Shown here: positions 17,618 to 26,881 of the stretch, piece after piece
Layout: each line of letters starts with the position of its first letter
Position numbering within the stretch: the stretch's first letter is position 1
Source of the DNA: Oceanococcus sp. HetDA_MAG_MS8
GTDB taxonomy: Bacteria; Pseudomonadota; Gammaproteobacteria; Nevskiales; Oceanococcaceae
Assembly (NCBI GenBank): GCA_019192445.1
Contig: JAHCMK010000006.1
Span: forward strand, 91,246 to 155,245
DNA: 64,000 bases
Direction of reading: 5' to 3'
Translations under genes and position numbers: made by a program
The notes under the pieces: generated by a model
Database searches by the model: none
Seen by the model: the letters and a program-made list of their open reading frames with translations, nothing else
Told to the model about the DNA's origin: nothing

Positions 17618-18427
17618 ATGTCTGGACTGCTGCACCAGCCGCGTGCACTGATTGCGCTGATGAGCGTTATGGCGCTGGTGGTAGCCTGCTCCACCTCGCC
17701 CACGGGTCGGCGCACACTCAAACTGTTTCCGGACGAACAAATGTCGGAAATGGGCGCCGCGGCTTATAACGAAACCAAGCAGAGCAGCACCATCTCCACG
17801 GATCCGGTCGCCCGGCGCTATGTCGCTTGTGTCAGCTCGGCCTTAACCCAACTGGTCCCGGGCAGCTGGGAAGTCACCCTCTTCGACGATGACTCTGCCA
17901 ACGCCTTTGCTCTTCCCGGAGGCAAAATTGGCGTATTCACCGGCTTATTAGATGTGGCCACTAATGCGGACCAACTGGCCGCCGTCATCGGGCATGAGAT
18001 TGCCCACGTTCAAGCCGAACACGCGAACGAACGCGTGTCCACTGGCTATGTGGCCCAAGCAGGACTGCAGATTGCCGATGCGGTATCCGGTGCCTACGGA
18101 GTCGCCAACCAGCGGCAAATCATGAGCCTGCTCGGCCTGGGCGCGCAGGTTGGTGTGCTATTGCCCTTCTCACGCGCTCAGGAATCCGAAGCCGATGTCT
18201 TGGGCCAAGTGCTGATGGCCAAGGCTGGCTTCGATCCTCGCGAATCGGTCAGCTTGTGGCAAAACATGGCCCGCCAGGCCCAAGGCCAACCTCCAGAATT
18301 TTTATCCACGCATCCCTCTCACGGCACGCGCATCGAAGAGCTGCGGCGCCAATTCAAGCAAACCGTACCGATTTACGAACAAGCTCGACAAAGTGGCCAA
18401 AGGCCGAACTGCCGCGACCCGCGTTGA
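17618..18427 (+). CDS. M48-family zinc metalloprotease, lipoprotein
   Basis: 269 aa. Lipobox LVVAC. HEIAHV (HExxH) with a downstream SRAQESEAD glutamate region. Typical YcaL/LoiP-like size. Confidence 0.8.
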   Translation: MSGLLHQPRALIALMSVMALVVACSTSPTGRRTLKLFPDEQMSEMGAAAYNETKQSSTISTDPVARRYVACVSSALTQLVPGSWEVTLFDDDSANAFALPGGKIGVFTGLLDVATNADQLAAVIGHEIAHVQAEHANERVSTGYVAQAGLQIADAVSGAYGVANQRQIMSLLGLGAQVGVLLPFSRAQESEADVLGQVLMAKAGFDPRESVSLWQNMARQAQGQPPEFLSTHPSHGTRIEELRRQFKQTVPIYEQARQSGQRPNCRDPR

Positions 18428-18582
18428 GGTGCATTCTCTGCGACACTGAGGGGAACCGAAGGCGCTGAGCCATACCGCATCGGACCAATCAAGCTGGCCG
18501 CGAACCATGCAGGGGCCATGGATGAGGTCGCGGCTCGCGCAGGACACATTCATTTCCACCGGTCTGCCGGGGTTAGATACGC

Positions 18583-20406
18583 ATGCACCAAATTGCCGAC
18601 GTTGCCATCTACTTGGCAGCCGCACTGATCGCGGTTCCACTGTTTAGACGCGCTGGCTTCGGCGCGATATTGGGGTATTTGGCAGGCGGCGTTGTCATTG
18701 GCCCCCAAGTGCTCGGGCTCATTGGCGAGGTTGAAGCCGTGATGCAAATCGCGGAAATCGGCGTGGTCTTGCTGCTTTTCGTCATTGGCCTCGAGCTGAA
18801 GCCTATGCGCTTGTGGCGACTGCGCAATGCCATCTTTGGCGCTGGAAGCCTGCAACTATTGGCAGCGACTGCGCCGCTCGCGATTTTGGCTGGCAGCCTT
18901 GCCGGACTCAGCTGGCCCCACGCCGTGTTCCTAGGCTTCGCGCTAGGCCTGTCATCGACAGCCTTCGTCTTGCAAACCTTGGCCGAACAAGGCTCCCTCA
19001 ACACCGACTATGGCCGCTCAGCATTCGGCGTATTGTTGTTCCAGGATTTAGCGGTTATTCCTGGCTTAGCCGTGTTGCCAGCACTAAGTGAAGCAGCAAC
19101 CAACAGCGGTGACCCCGCCTGGATGGCCATTGGCAAGGGCCTTTTGGCCATTGTGGTTTTGGTTGTAGGCGGCAGCCTGCTGCTACGTCCCTTGTTCAAG
19201 ATGGTTGCGCGCTGGGGTAGCGATGAAACCTTCACCGTAGCCGCATTGCTGGTGGTGATTGGTAGCGCTCTAGCGATGCAGGCGGCTGAATTGTCGGCTG
19301 GCCTAGGCGCCTTTCTCGCCGGAGTGCTGTTGGCCGAATCCGAGTATCGACATGAGCTAGAGGCCAACATCAACCCGTTCAAGGGCTTGCTGCTCGGCCT
19401 ATTCTTCATCTCGGTGGGGATGTCAGCCGACCTGCAGCTACTCGCTGCCGAACCCCACATCATTATCGGCGGTGCGCTGCTACTCATCGTGATTAAAGCC
19501 GGCACGCTAGCGGGTATTGCTCGAGGCCTGCTGAAAATGCCCTGGCGAACAGCCTTGCCACTGGCACTCATCCTCGGCCAAGGCGGGGAATTTGCCTTCG
19601 TACTCTTCCATGCAGCAGAGGGGCTGCATGTGTTTCCTCACGCACTCACCGACCGCCTCATCGGCATCGTGATTGTGTCTATGCTGCTAACCCCTGGTTT
19701 GTTCATGCTCGCTAGCCGCATCGCCGAAGGCCGCGACGCGGATAGCAAACAGCCCTTTGACACCATCGACGACGAAAGCACGCCCGTGATCATCGCCGGC
19801 TTTGGCCGCATGGGCCAGATCGTGGCCCGCGTGCTGCACATGCGCGGCATTGCCTTTACCGCACTAGAGCGCGACGCCGAACACGTCGAGCTGGTTCGCC
19901 GCTTTGGCAACAAAGTCTATTTTGGCGAACCTGCCAGCCTGGAAACCTTGCGTGCGGCCGGCGCGCGCGACGCCAAGGTGCTGGTGCTGGCCTTAGACGA
20001 CTACAATGCCGCCACGCGCATCGTGGATCTGGCCAAACGTCATTTCCCACATCTAGTGCTGATGGCCCGTGCCCGCGACCGCCAACAGGCCATGCACCTC
20101 ATGGAGTTGGGTGTAGACGAAGTCATACGAGAAACGTGGCTATCCAGCCTGGAGCTCAGCGGCCATTTACTGCAACGGCTTGGTGACGACGAAGAGACCG
20201 CCCAGCAATCCATCGCCGTTTTCCGCGAGGCGGACGAGGGCCTGCTACGCAAACAACTCGAAAAACGCGAGGACACCGAGCACCTCATCGAAACCACACA
20301 TACCCTCCGCAAAGATCTACGCGCGCTGTTCGAATCGGGGCAGGCCTTGCGCACGCCCGCGCCTGCTGGGTCAGCTGACTCTTCAGGCCCGCAAGAAACC
20401 CGATAA
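18583..20406 (+). CDS. CPA2 monovalent cation:proton antiporter with TrkA-N (KTN) domain (KefB/KefC-like K+ efflux)
   Basis: 607 aa. N-terminal Na_H exchanger TM region of about 380 aa. It is followed by the Rossmann motif VIIAGFGRMGQIVARVL, then a C-terminal extension. Confidence 0.85.
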   Translation: MHQIADVAIYLAAALIAVPLFRRAGFGAILGYLAGGVVIGPQVLGLIGEVEAVMQIAEIGVVLLLFVIGLELKPMRLWRLRNAIFGAGSLQLLAATAPLAILAGSLAGLSWPHAVFLGFALGLSSTAFVLQTLAEQGSLNTDYGRSAFGVLLFQDLAVIPGLAVLPALSEAATNSGDPAWMAIGKGLLAIVVLVVGGSLLLRPLFKMVARWGSDETFTVAALLVVIGSALAMQAAELSAGLGAFLAGVLLAESEYRHELEANINPFKGLLLGLFFISVGMSADLQLLAAEPHIIIGGALLLIVIKAGTLAGIARGLLKMPWRTALPLALILGQGGEFAFVLFHAAEGLHVFPHALTDRLIGIVIVSMLLTPGLFMLASRIAEGRDADSKQPFDTIDDESTPVIIAGFGRMGQIVARVLHMRGIAFTALERDAEHVELVRRFGNKVYFGEPASLETLRAAGARDAKVLVLALDDYNAATRIVDLAKRHFPHLVLMARARDRQQAMHLMELGVDEVIRETWLSSLELSGHLLQRLGDDEETAQQSIAVFREADEGLLRKQLEKREDTEHLIETTHTLRKDLRALFESGQALRTPAPAGSADSSGPQETR

Positions 20407-20420
20407 GGACCGACTGGCGC

Positions 20421-20443
20421 GCAGCCCAGCTGCAAATTTTTTT
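20421..20443 (+). terminator. weak rho-independent terminator after the antiporter gene
   Basis: GCAGC-CCA-GCTGC hairpin (20421-20433), followed by AAATTTTTTT. The stem is only 5 bp. Confidence 0.35.
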
Positions 20444-20454
20444 CTTCCAAACCC

Positions 20455-20482
20455 TTGCACGATTCTGTACACCCGTTATACT
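20455..20482 (+). promoter_or_regulatory. sigma70-type promoter for the tRNA pair
   Basis: TTGCAC (20455-20460), a 16-nt spacer, then TATACT (20477-20482). A GC-rich discriminator (ACGGGGCTTCGCGC) follows, about 20 nt before the tRNA-Ala 5' end. Confidence 0.5.
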
Positions 20483-20501
20483 ACGGGGCTTCGCGCAAGT
20501 C

Positions 20502-20577
20502 GGGGCTATAGCTCAGCTGGGAGAGCGCCTGCATGGCATGCAGGAGGTCGGCGGTTCGATCCCGCCTAGCTCCACCA
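20502..20577 (+). tRNA. tRNA-Ala (anticodon GGC)
   Basis: 76 nt, GGGGCTATAGCTCAGCTGGGAGAGCGCCTGCATGGCATGCAGGAGGTCGGCGGTTCGATCCCGCCTAGCTCCACCA. Cloverleaf folds by eye. G3:U70 Ala identity pair is present, the anticodon loop is AT-GGC-AT, and CCA is encoded. Confidence 0.95.
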
Positions 20578-20596
20578 AGCGTGAAAACAGTTTTAG

Positions 20597-20672
20597 GTCC
20601 CCATCGTCTAGAGGCCTAGGACACCGCCCTTTCACGGCGGCAACCGGGGTTCGAATCCCCGTGGGGACGCCA
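20597..20672 (+). tRNA. tRNA-Glu (anticodon TTC)
   Basis: 76 nt, GTCCCCATCGTCTAGAGGCCTAGGACACCGCCCTTTCACGGCGGCAACCGGGGTTCGAATCCCCGTGGGGACGCCA. Near-identical in layout to E. coli tRNA-Glu. The anticodon loop is CT-TTC-AC and CCA is encoded. Confidence 0.95.
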
Positions 20673-20681
20673 TATAAAGAC

Positions 20682-20710
20682 AAACCCGCCTTGTGCGGGT
20701 TTTTCTTTAT
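20682..20710 (+). terminator. rho-independent terminator of the tRNA operon
   Basis: ACCCGC (20684-20689), loop CTTGT, GCGGGT (20695-20700), followed by TTTTTCTTTAT. Confidence 0.8.
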
Positions 20711-21753
20711 CTGCGAACCGTACCGACCAACGCAAAGCTCAGACGTTCGACCAGTTGGTGCGAAAACCGTACCGGACGCCATGCTTGCCCTTCGCCACGG
20801 TGAGGCTCAGACTCCCCAGCCCTCTGAGGGCTTCGGTACGTGAAAACCTTTCAGACGCGATATGTGCTCTGCTTATTCCAGAGTTTCCCTATTAACAAGG
20901 TTTTCAAGCCAGGCTAAGTATTTTTGCGCACTTTCTTCTTGGCCATTACGCCAAAGGCACGGGCGGAGTACCTTCTAATAAGTGGCCCAAATCGCTGTGG
21001 AACAGCAAGTATCCAGCACGGCTCAGCACGGGCAAAGCCCGAAAATTGATCCCCCACCCTTGAGAAGGGCATATATGGCCTGATAGAGAACACTCGCGCG
21101 GGGTGGAGCGCACATCAACTTCAGGAAGCTTAAAAAAACCGAAGATAATCGCATTGTCCCCCAATGTGAGGAGTGTCCACCAAGCCGCACGGGATTTCGT
21201 GACGTAGCACAACGCGTGTCTAGGTGGCCACAGCTCCCAGCCCAAAGGCATGCTGGCCAAGGCCTAGAGACTCATTATCGCAACCTCATATGCAATCCGA
21301 TATTGCGTCGCTGAGTTGCAGTTCGTCAGACGCTGGATCAGCACTTTAAAGGTGCTTCCTCACTGTCGAGTTCTTTGCCATCCCGCTTGCTTGAAGGTCT
21401 GGCTTAGCACACTATGCCTTTCACTTATAGCAAGTTGCCAAGGCCGAGGGGCTACTCAAATGAGCCCTTTAGGATTGTTTGCAGTCTTACGCGATGGTTC
21501 GATATGACACAGATGAGCGAGTGATCAAATGTCATAAGCGATGGCCAGCCAAAGCCTGCAAGGCATACTGCAGACGAATTCCTTACCGCGTCACTGCGGC
21601 GCAAAAGACGGCAGGATAGTTTAGGGCAGATAATCATTGCGTTCGCTGCAGCTGAACTCCGTGCATAGCAGATTGATGCAGCGCCACGTTGCTTTGAGTG
21701 CCTTAAGTCGGCAGAATTGCGGCAAACGCATGTACACATGACAGGAAGGACAC

Positions 21754-22785
21754 ATGCAACAGCTCTCCAAGTGGGCGCAGGTTTTTTTCGCCCTTGCGGT
21801 CCCAACCTTGGTTTGGGCTGAGACAACGGTGGGTGAAGTAGAGCGGCTTTCGGGCCGAGCGACTGTCGTCCGGCAGGCCAATACGGTAGATGCCATCACC
21901 GGATTGGCACTCTTTCAGGCTGACAAGCTTTCAACAGGCCCCGCGTCAACAATTTACGCCAGCTTGTTGGACGGCTCTAAGCTCGTACTAGGCGCAGACT
22001 CTGAATTAGTCCTTAGACAAGTCATCTACGATGCTGATCGCCCCCAAGATGGCCGTGTTTCCTTATTGCTACGACTCGGTGAGCTTGAGATGACTACCGG
22101 GGACGTTGCCGAATCGGGTGGACAAGTCATTCTTTCCACGCCCTTTGGAGATATTTACGCGAGCAATACCACCTTCCAAGTGTCTCTTAATGAGGGAAAC
22201 GGTGGCCCTGTGCTAACAGTATCGAATGGGGCAGGCCAGCTGGAGATTCGGCGGGATGGGGTGGTGACCACGATCCCAAGTAATTCAACGCTAAGAGTCA
22301 ATGATGGAGGACCAGTAAGGGTAGAGGCGGGTCCTGAGCCCAGAGATAACCTATTCTTTGATGCCGGCCCCGATACCTTAGATCGCATTGAGGCGGTGCC
22401 CACTCAGGCCCCAAGCCCTACAGACCCTCCCGGCCCCTCACTAACGCCCACACCCTCACCAACGGCATCGCCGTCACCGTCGGTTACGCCCACGCCTGCG
22501 CCAACTACATCACCGTCGCCTTCGCTCACGCCTACGCCTGCGCCAACGACATCACCGTCGCCTTCGCTCACGCCTACGCCTGCGCCAACGACGTCACCGT
22601 CGCCCTCACTCACCCCTACACCTGCACCAACGACATCACCGTCGCCTTCGCTCACGCCTACGCCTGCGCCAACGACATCACCGTCGCCATCGCTCACCCC
22701 TACACCTGCACCAACGACATCACCGTCGCCATCGCCATCGCCACCACCGCCGACAACAACCCCAACGCCACCAAGCCCGTTTTAA
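21754..22785 (+). CDS. secreted FecR-domain protein with C-terminal Pro/Thr/Ser tandem-repeat tail
   Basis: 343 aa. Signal peptide [24 protein letters not shown]. FecR-like segment [15 protein letters not shown]....[40 protein letters not shown]. About 7 copies of [14 protein letters not shown] follow, ending [14 protein letters not shown]. Confidence 0.75.
   Translation: MQQLSKWAQVFFALAVPTLVWAETTVGEVERLSGRATVVRQANTVDAITGLALFQADKLSTGPASTIYASLLDGSKLVLGADSELVLRQVIYDADRPQDGRVSLLLRLGELEMTTGDVAESGGQVILSTPFGDIYASNTTFQVSLNEGNGGPVLTVSNGAGQLEIRRDGVVTTIPSNSTLRVNDGGPVRVEAGPEPRDNLFFDAGPDTLDRIEAVPTQAPSPTDPPGPSLTPTPSPTASPSPSVTPTPAPTTSPSPSLTPTPAPTTSPSPSLTPTPAPTTSPSPSLTPTPAPTTSPSPSLTPTPAPTTSPSPSLTPTPAPTTSPSPSPSPPPPTTTPTPPSPF
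22438..22737 (+). repeat. about 7 tandem copies of a 42-bp (14-codon) in-frame repeat
   Basis: The unit ACGCCTACGCCTGCGCCAACGACATCACCGTCGCCTTCGCTC is repeated head-to-tail with only a few, mostly synonymous, differences. The first copy ([14 protein letters not shown]) and the last are more diverged. Confidence 0.9.
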
Positions 22786-22853
22786 AAGGGCATTAGGTCT
22801 AAAAAGTTTGTTGGTTTGAATAAATTTAAAAACACGCCCGGAGGTTTACGTCG

Positions 22854-24029
22854 GTGATGCAACACTCTCGTATCGTTCATCTAGCAGTGGCAGTGTGGTG
22901 CTGCACACCGCTTACAGCCTTCTCTGCCCCGCCCGTAGATTTGGATGTAGCGCTGTCTTCTGTAGCGGTGGTCAACGACAACTTCTACAGCCGCGACATC
23001 AACTCTCAGAACGTAACAGGCGCGATCGTAACTCCGACTATTCGCTTACTACGCGCTGGCGCTCAGTTCAATAACTCTCTCCTGCTCAGTGCCAGCGGGG
23101 GAGCTTTCAATAGCTCGAGTGAAGACAGCTTTTTAGATTACTTGGCAAGTGCCAATTCTTTGTGGAGAGGCGGCTACCAATCAGTCGAAGTCAATGCGGC
23201 ATATCAACGCGGTCACGACCCTTTTGGGGAGGTGCGCACAGAGGGAGATGATTCTGAGAACCGCCAGCTTGACCTTTGGACGGAGGCCAGGGGCCGGCTG
23301 AAATGGCGGCGAGACGGTCAAATCAGGGGAAGTGCATTTACTGAAGTCGATCTCAGTTTTTTTGAGAGAAACTACACCACAAACGAAGAGATAACGGCGT
23401 TTCTCAACCGCGAGGGTTACACCGCCGGAGCAATCATCGGTCTTAACTTAACGGCAAAAACAGGCGTCTTCACCAACCTGACCTATAGCGCTCTTGACTT
23501 CGAAAATGAAGTAGGTCAGTTTTTACGCTCGGGTGACACCACTGCCGGCCTACTCGGAGTTCGGTGGCAAGCGACCGCGCGGACTTCGGGAGATGTTCGC
23601 CTGGGGTATGCAGAACGTTCAGATGACTCTGGGTTTTCCCTAGAGGCGAGCTATTGGAGCGCAGAGATAACCATTCAACCCACGGCCACAGACTCGGTCC
23701 GTGTCGCTACGAATCGCACCTTCGATGCAAGCTACTTCTCTGGAACCGCATTTTTCGACTCCATGAACCATCAACTTTACTGGGAACGGAACTGGAACGA
23801 ACGCTTTGTAGTCACTTTAGGTGGAGAGTTCAGAGAGCGTGAATTTATCCGTAGCGGAACCAGTGATGGAGACGATTTACTCCTTGCACAGTTCCGTGCT
23901 GAGTACACGCTGGATCGCGGCTTTTCCGTTTTCGGTCGGGTGCGGTATGTGGAACGTGAAGCGACTGCAGACACCCGCGATTTCGACGCCAGTCTTGTAG
24001 AACTGGGTTTCGACGTGAGCCTTAATTAA
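22854..24029 (+). CDS. outer-membrane beta-barrel protein of the polysaccharide export module
   Basis: 391 aa. Signal peptide ...TPLTAFSA/PP. Repeated amphipathic beta-hairpin patterns (RFVVTLGGEFREREF, LLLAQFRAEYTLDRGFSVFGRVRYVERE, LVELGFDVSL). Located directly upstream of the OPX gene. Confidence 0.6.
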   Translation: MMQHSRIVHLAVAVWCCTPLTAFSAPPVDLDVALSSVAVVNDNFYSRDINSQNVTGAIVTPTIRLLRAGAQFNNSLLLSASGGAFNSSSEDSFLDYLASANSLWRGGYQSVEVNAAYQRGHDPFGEVRTEGDDSENRQLDLWTEARGRLKWRRDGQIRGSAFTEVDLSFFERNYTTNEEITAFLNREGYTAGAIIGLNLTAKTGVFTNLTYSALDFENEVGQFLRSGDTTAGLLGVRWQATARTSGDVRLGYAERSDDSGFSLEASYWSAEITIQPTATDSVRVATNRTFDASYFSGTAFFDSMNHQLYWERNWNERFVVTLGGEFREREFIRSGTSDGDDLLLAQFRAEYTLDRGFSVFGRVRYVEREATADTRDFDASLVELGFDVSLN

Positions 24030-24053
24030 ACTAACGCCGCCCAACACACAATA

Positions 24054-24635
24054 ATGCAACTCGAGCATCCTATTGCGAGAGCACTCATGGCTTTGGCTCT
24101 TATAGCTTTGAGTGCCTGCGCAGACACACCCACTTTGCCGCAAGACACCGTACTTCGGTTGGCCACGCCATTCAGTGCTACCAATTACCTCATATCACCC
24201 ACCGATACAGTACGAATTGACGTCTATCGGGAACCCGACCTCAGCGGCGAGTACTATGTAGACCCTTCGGGAACGATCAATTTTCCTCTGCTCGGGAGGG
24301 TTGGAGTTGCTGGCGAGACAGTCTCTGCGCTTGAAAATAAACTCAGGCTTTCATTGAGCCAAGGCTACCTTGTTGATCCCGATGTTCGGGCTTCAATAAG
24401 TAAGTTCAGGCCAATCTATATCACAGGGGCAGTAGCCAAACCTGGAGCCTACCCGTTCACACCAGGGATGACGGTCCAGCAGGCGATCGTACTCGCTGGC
24501 GGAGAAACTCGGTTTGCCGCCGACCGCTACTACCTCCAACGAAACAACGACTCCACGGACAAACAGCTCCGGATTAGTAATCGTAGCGTGCTATTCCCCG
24601 GGGACGTCATCATTATTGGCGAGCGTGTTTTTTGA
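24054..24635 (+). CDS. short outer-membrane polysaccharide export (OPX, Wza-like) lipoprotein
   Basis: 193 aa. Lipobox LIALSAC. Poly_export motif YLISPTDTVRIDVYREPDLSGEYYVDPSGTINFPLLGRVGVAGETVSALE. One SLBB-like segment (IYITGAVAKPGAYPF..GMTVQQAIVLAGG). It lacks the long C-terminal part of 379-aa Wza. Confidence 0.85.
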   Translation: MQLEHPIARALMALALIALSACADTPTLPQDTVLRLATPFSATNYLISPTDTVRIDVYREPDLSGEYYVDPSGTINFPLLGRVGVAGETVSALENKLRLSLSQGYLVDPDVRASISKFRPIYITGAVAKPGAYPFTPGMTVQQAIVLAGGETRFAADRYYLQRNNDSTDKQLRISNRSVLFPGDVIIIGERVF

Positions 24636-26842
24636 TTAACTCCGGACGACCTCCACGGCCAAGCGAAGATCTTGGAGGCTTCTCGGAAGACCTCCCAGGC
24701 ACCGTCAGCTTATCTGACCTACTGGCGATGGTGCGGAGGAACCTCGTTCTGTTAGCGGGACTTCCTCTTCTTGGTGCATTTGCACTGACCTATCATGCGA
24801 TCTCTCAACCAAAGCTTTATCAGGCCTCGGCCCTATTACAGCTTGACCCTCGTCCGGCGAAAGTACTCGCGCGTGATGATGAATTGTATGATCCAGGGTA
24901 TGAGTCTATTAGTTACTACGGAACGCAGCGCAGGATATTAGAAAGCCGTAAACTGGCATCGCAACTAGCAAAACGGCTTGATTTGGCTGAGCTAGAGGAA
25001 TTTGGTGGGCCAAAATTGCAAGAGCCTCCTAAGTGGTCAACATGGCTTAGCGCACTCCCAGGTCTCCCGGACCCGCCAGAGCCAGAGCCCGTTTCCGAGG
25101 ACAAGCGCTGGGAAAGAACGGTTGCCAGGGTGCAAAATGCAATCTCGGCGCGGCTTGCCCCAACGACCACCTTATTTGAAGTCAACTTTAGCTCCCGTAG
25201 CCCTGAGCTTGCCGCACAAGCTGCGAATGCCCTGTGCGACCTCTATGTAGAAGAGCTCCTACAGGCTCGACTGGATATTTATGCCAAAGCGAATAGCTGG
25301 CTGAACAGCAAGCTAAACACGGTTCAGGGCGACCTTAGTGAGGCAGAACAAGCCTTACAAAGTTTCCGAGATGCCCGCGACATCGTCAATGTCGGAGGTA
25401 ATCGTGGACTTATGGAAAGCGAAGTCACGGATGCTACCCGGCGACTTCGAGAGGCGGAACGAGAGCGTCAGAGACTTGAGAACCTTTACCGAGAGATTCA
25501 ACGGCTTACCCAAGAGGGTGCAGACTTAGGGGGGGCAGAACCTCTGCTTGCAGACCCTGCCTTGCGGCAAGCAGGTCGAGCGTACCTGACTGCACGCGCA
25601 CAACTCGATGAGCTTGAGTCCCGCTACGGCAAACGTCACCCACAATACCTTGCTGCTGAAACACGCTACGAGTCGCTTGAAACAACGTACAAAGAGCAGC
25701 TCGCCTCGAATGCCAGGGGCGTGCTCGCTGAGTTAGAGAGCGCCCGGAATACCGAAGCCCAGCTCCGACGTCAGAAGAGGGAGGTGGAGCAAAAGCTGCG
25801 CTCGCTCGACCGGTCGGAGTTTGAGCTCAATATGCTCGAACGAGAAGTTCGGAGCAACCGCCAGCTATACGATGCCTTCTTAACCCGTTTCCAGGAAACA
25901 GAGAGCAACTCCAGCTTTTCAGAAGCGAACGCACGAATCGCAGATCCTGCTGTACCACCGCGGGGGGCCTATGAGCCAAATGTACGCAAACAGGCCTTGA
26001 CGGGCTTTGCTATTGGAGCCGCGATCGCCCTCTTACTAACACTGTTCCGTGAGACGCTTCGCTTTAAGATTGAGTCACCAGATGAGCTTGAACAACTCTC
26101 GACAGCGCCACTATTGGGTGTGGTCCCGCACTCCAGGGCTCGCCATTTGGATAAACATCTCGTGCAGCATATGCATGATGATGCGCGCTCACCTTTTGCG
26201 GACGCGGTGCGAAGTTTAAAAACAGCCATACTGATGAATAGAGAGGCCGGCGATAAATGTCTTTGTCTCGCCATCACCTCCACAGAACCCGCCGAGGGCA
26301 AATCAACGATCACCACGGCAATGGGCTGTGTATTCGCTGCTAATGCACGCGTTCTCCTCATCGACACGGATCTTCGCAGGCCGAGGTTGGCACGAATTTT
26401 CGGAACTAGCAGTTCGAAAAATCCCGGACTTGCTGACATCCTTCAAGGAAAGTCCAGCTTCGAAAGCGCTGTTCAAACTGACGAGCTGAGCGGTCTCAGC
26501 TTCTTACCCGCTGGGCAGCCCCCCCCGAACCCCGCGCTTCTGCTTGAGTCGACCGCGTTCAAATCTTTAGTGCAATACGTGCGTGAGAGGTATGACTTCG
26601 TATTCTTTGACACTCCTCCAGTCTTGGCGACGAGCGACGCACTCCACCTTGCTGACAGCGTGGACGGATATGTAGTAGTCGCAAGAGCAGAACGCACACA
26701 TAGAAAAGCTTTCGCTGGAGCACTGAAGCGCTTAGATGGGTCAGCAGCTCTCGTACGAGGCACCATCTTGAACGATGCCTCGACCAAGAGAAGTGCTTAT
26801 GGCCAAGGCTACTACTACTATGGGTCAAGTTATAGATATTAA
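24632..26842 (+). CDS. polysaccharide co-polymerase fused to BY-tyrosine kinase (Wzc/GumC-like, PCP-2a)
   Basis: 736 aa. Wzz-type N-terminal TM, a long coiled-coil periplasmic region and a second TM. The kinase has Walker A TSTEPAEGKST, A' LLIDTDLRRP and B VFFDTPPV. C-terminal Tyr cluster YGQGYYYYGSSYRY. The start overlaps the OPX stop. Confidence 0.9.
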   Translation: MINSGRPPRPSEDLGGFSEDLPGTVSLSDLLAMVRRNLVLLAGLPLLGAFALTYHAISQPKLYQASALLQLDPRPAKVLARDDELYDPGYESISYYGTQRRILESRKLASQLAKRLDLAELEEFGGPKLQEPPKWSTWLSALPGLPDPPEPEPVSEDKRWERTVARVQNAISARLAPTTTLFEVNFSSRSPELAAQAANALCDLYVEELLQARLDIYAKANSWLNSKLNTVQGDLSEAEQALQSFRDARDIVNVGGNRGLMESEVTDATRRLREAERERQRLENLYREIQRLTQEGADLGGAEPLLADPALRQAGRAYLTARAQLDELESRYGKRHPQYLAAETRYESLETTYKEQLASNARGVLAELESARNTEAQLRRQKREVEQKLRSLDRSEFELNMLEREVRSNRQLYDAFLTRFQETESNSSFSEANARIADPAVPPRGAYEPNVRKQALTGFAIGAAIALLLTLFRETLRFKIESPDELEQLSTAPLLGVVPHSRARHLDKHLVQHMHDDARSPFADAVRSLKTAILMNREAGDKCLCLAITSTEPAEGKSTITTAMGCVFAANARVLLIDTDLRRPRLARIFGTSSSKNPGLADILQGKSSFESAVQTDELSGLSFLPAGQPPPNPALLLESTAFKSLVQYVRERYDFVFFDTPPVLATSDALHLADSVDGYVVVARAERTHRKAFAGALKRLDGSAALVRGTILNDASTKRSAYGQGYYYYGSSYRY

Positions 26843-26881
26843 GCTTGGTGCAACATTCGATGGTTTTCCGCCTCACTGAGC

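Noticed and set aside
18609-19571. Two long minus-strand ORFs (131 and 187 aa) inside the antiporter gene
   Set aside because: They are antisense to a gene with unambiguous CPA2/KTN motifs and have no features of their own. The same reasoning applies to 11828-12337 in SulP and 13658-14224 in the dsbD-family gene.
20946-21260. 104-aa ORF next to the tRNAs, checked as a possible integrase or excisionase remnant
   Set aside because: It has no tyrosine-recombinase (R..H..R..Y) or HTH landmarks, no RBS or start context, and an odd composition. It is left uncalled. The region is reported only as an ORF-poor leader.
22404-22697. 97-aa minus-strand ORF made of [14 protein letters not shown] repeats, which could be read as a Gly/Asp-rich repeat protein
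   Set aside because: It is the antisense image of the 42-bp repeat. The plus-strand frame is continuous with a signal peptide and FecR domain and has the operon context. The antisense ORF has no start context or flanking domain.
22438-22737. Regular 42-bp repeats considered as a possible CRISPR array
   Set aside because: The repeats are contiguous with no spacers. They are in-frame inside a long ORF, and no cas genes or leader are nearby.
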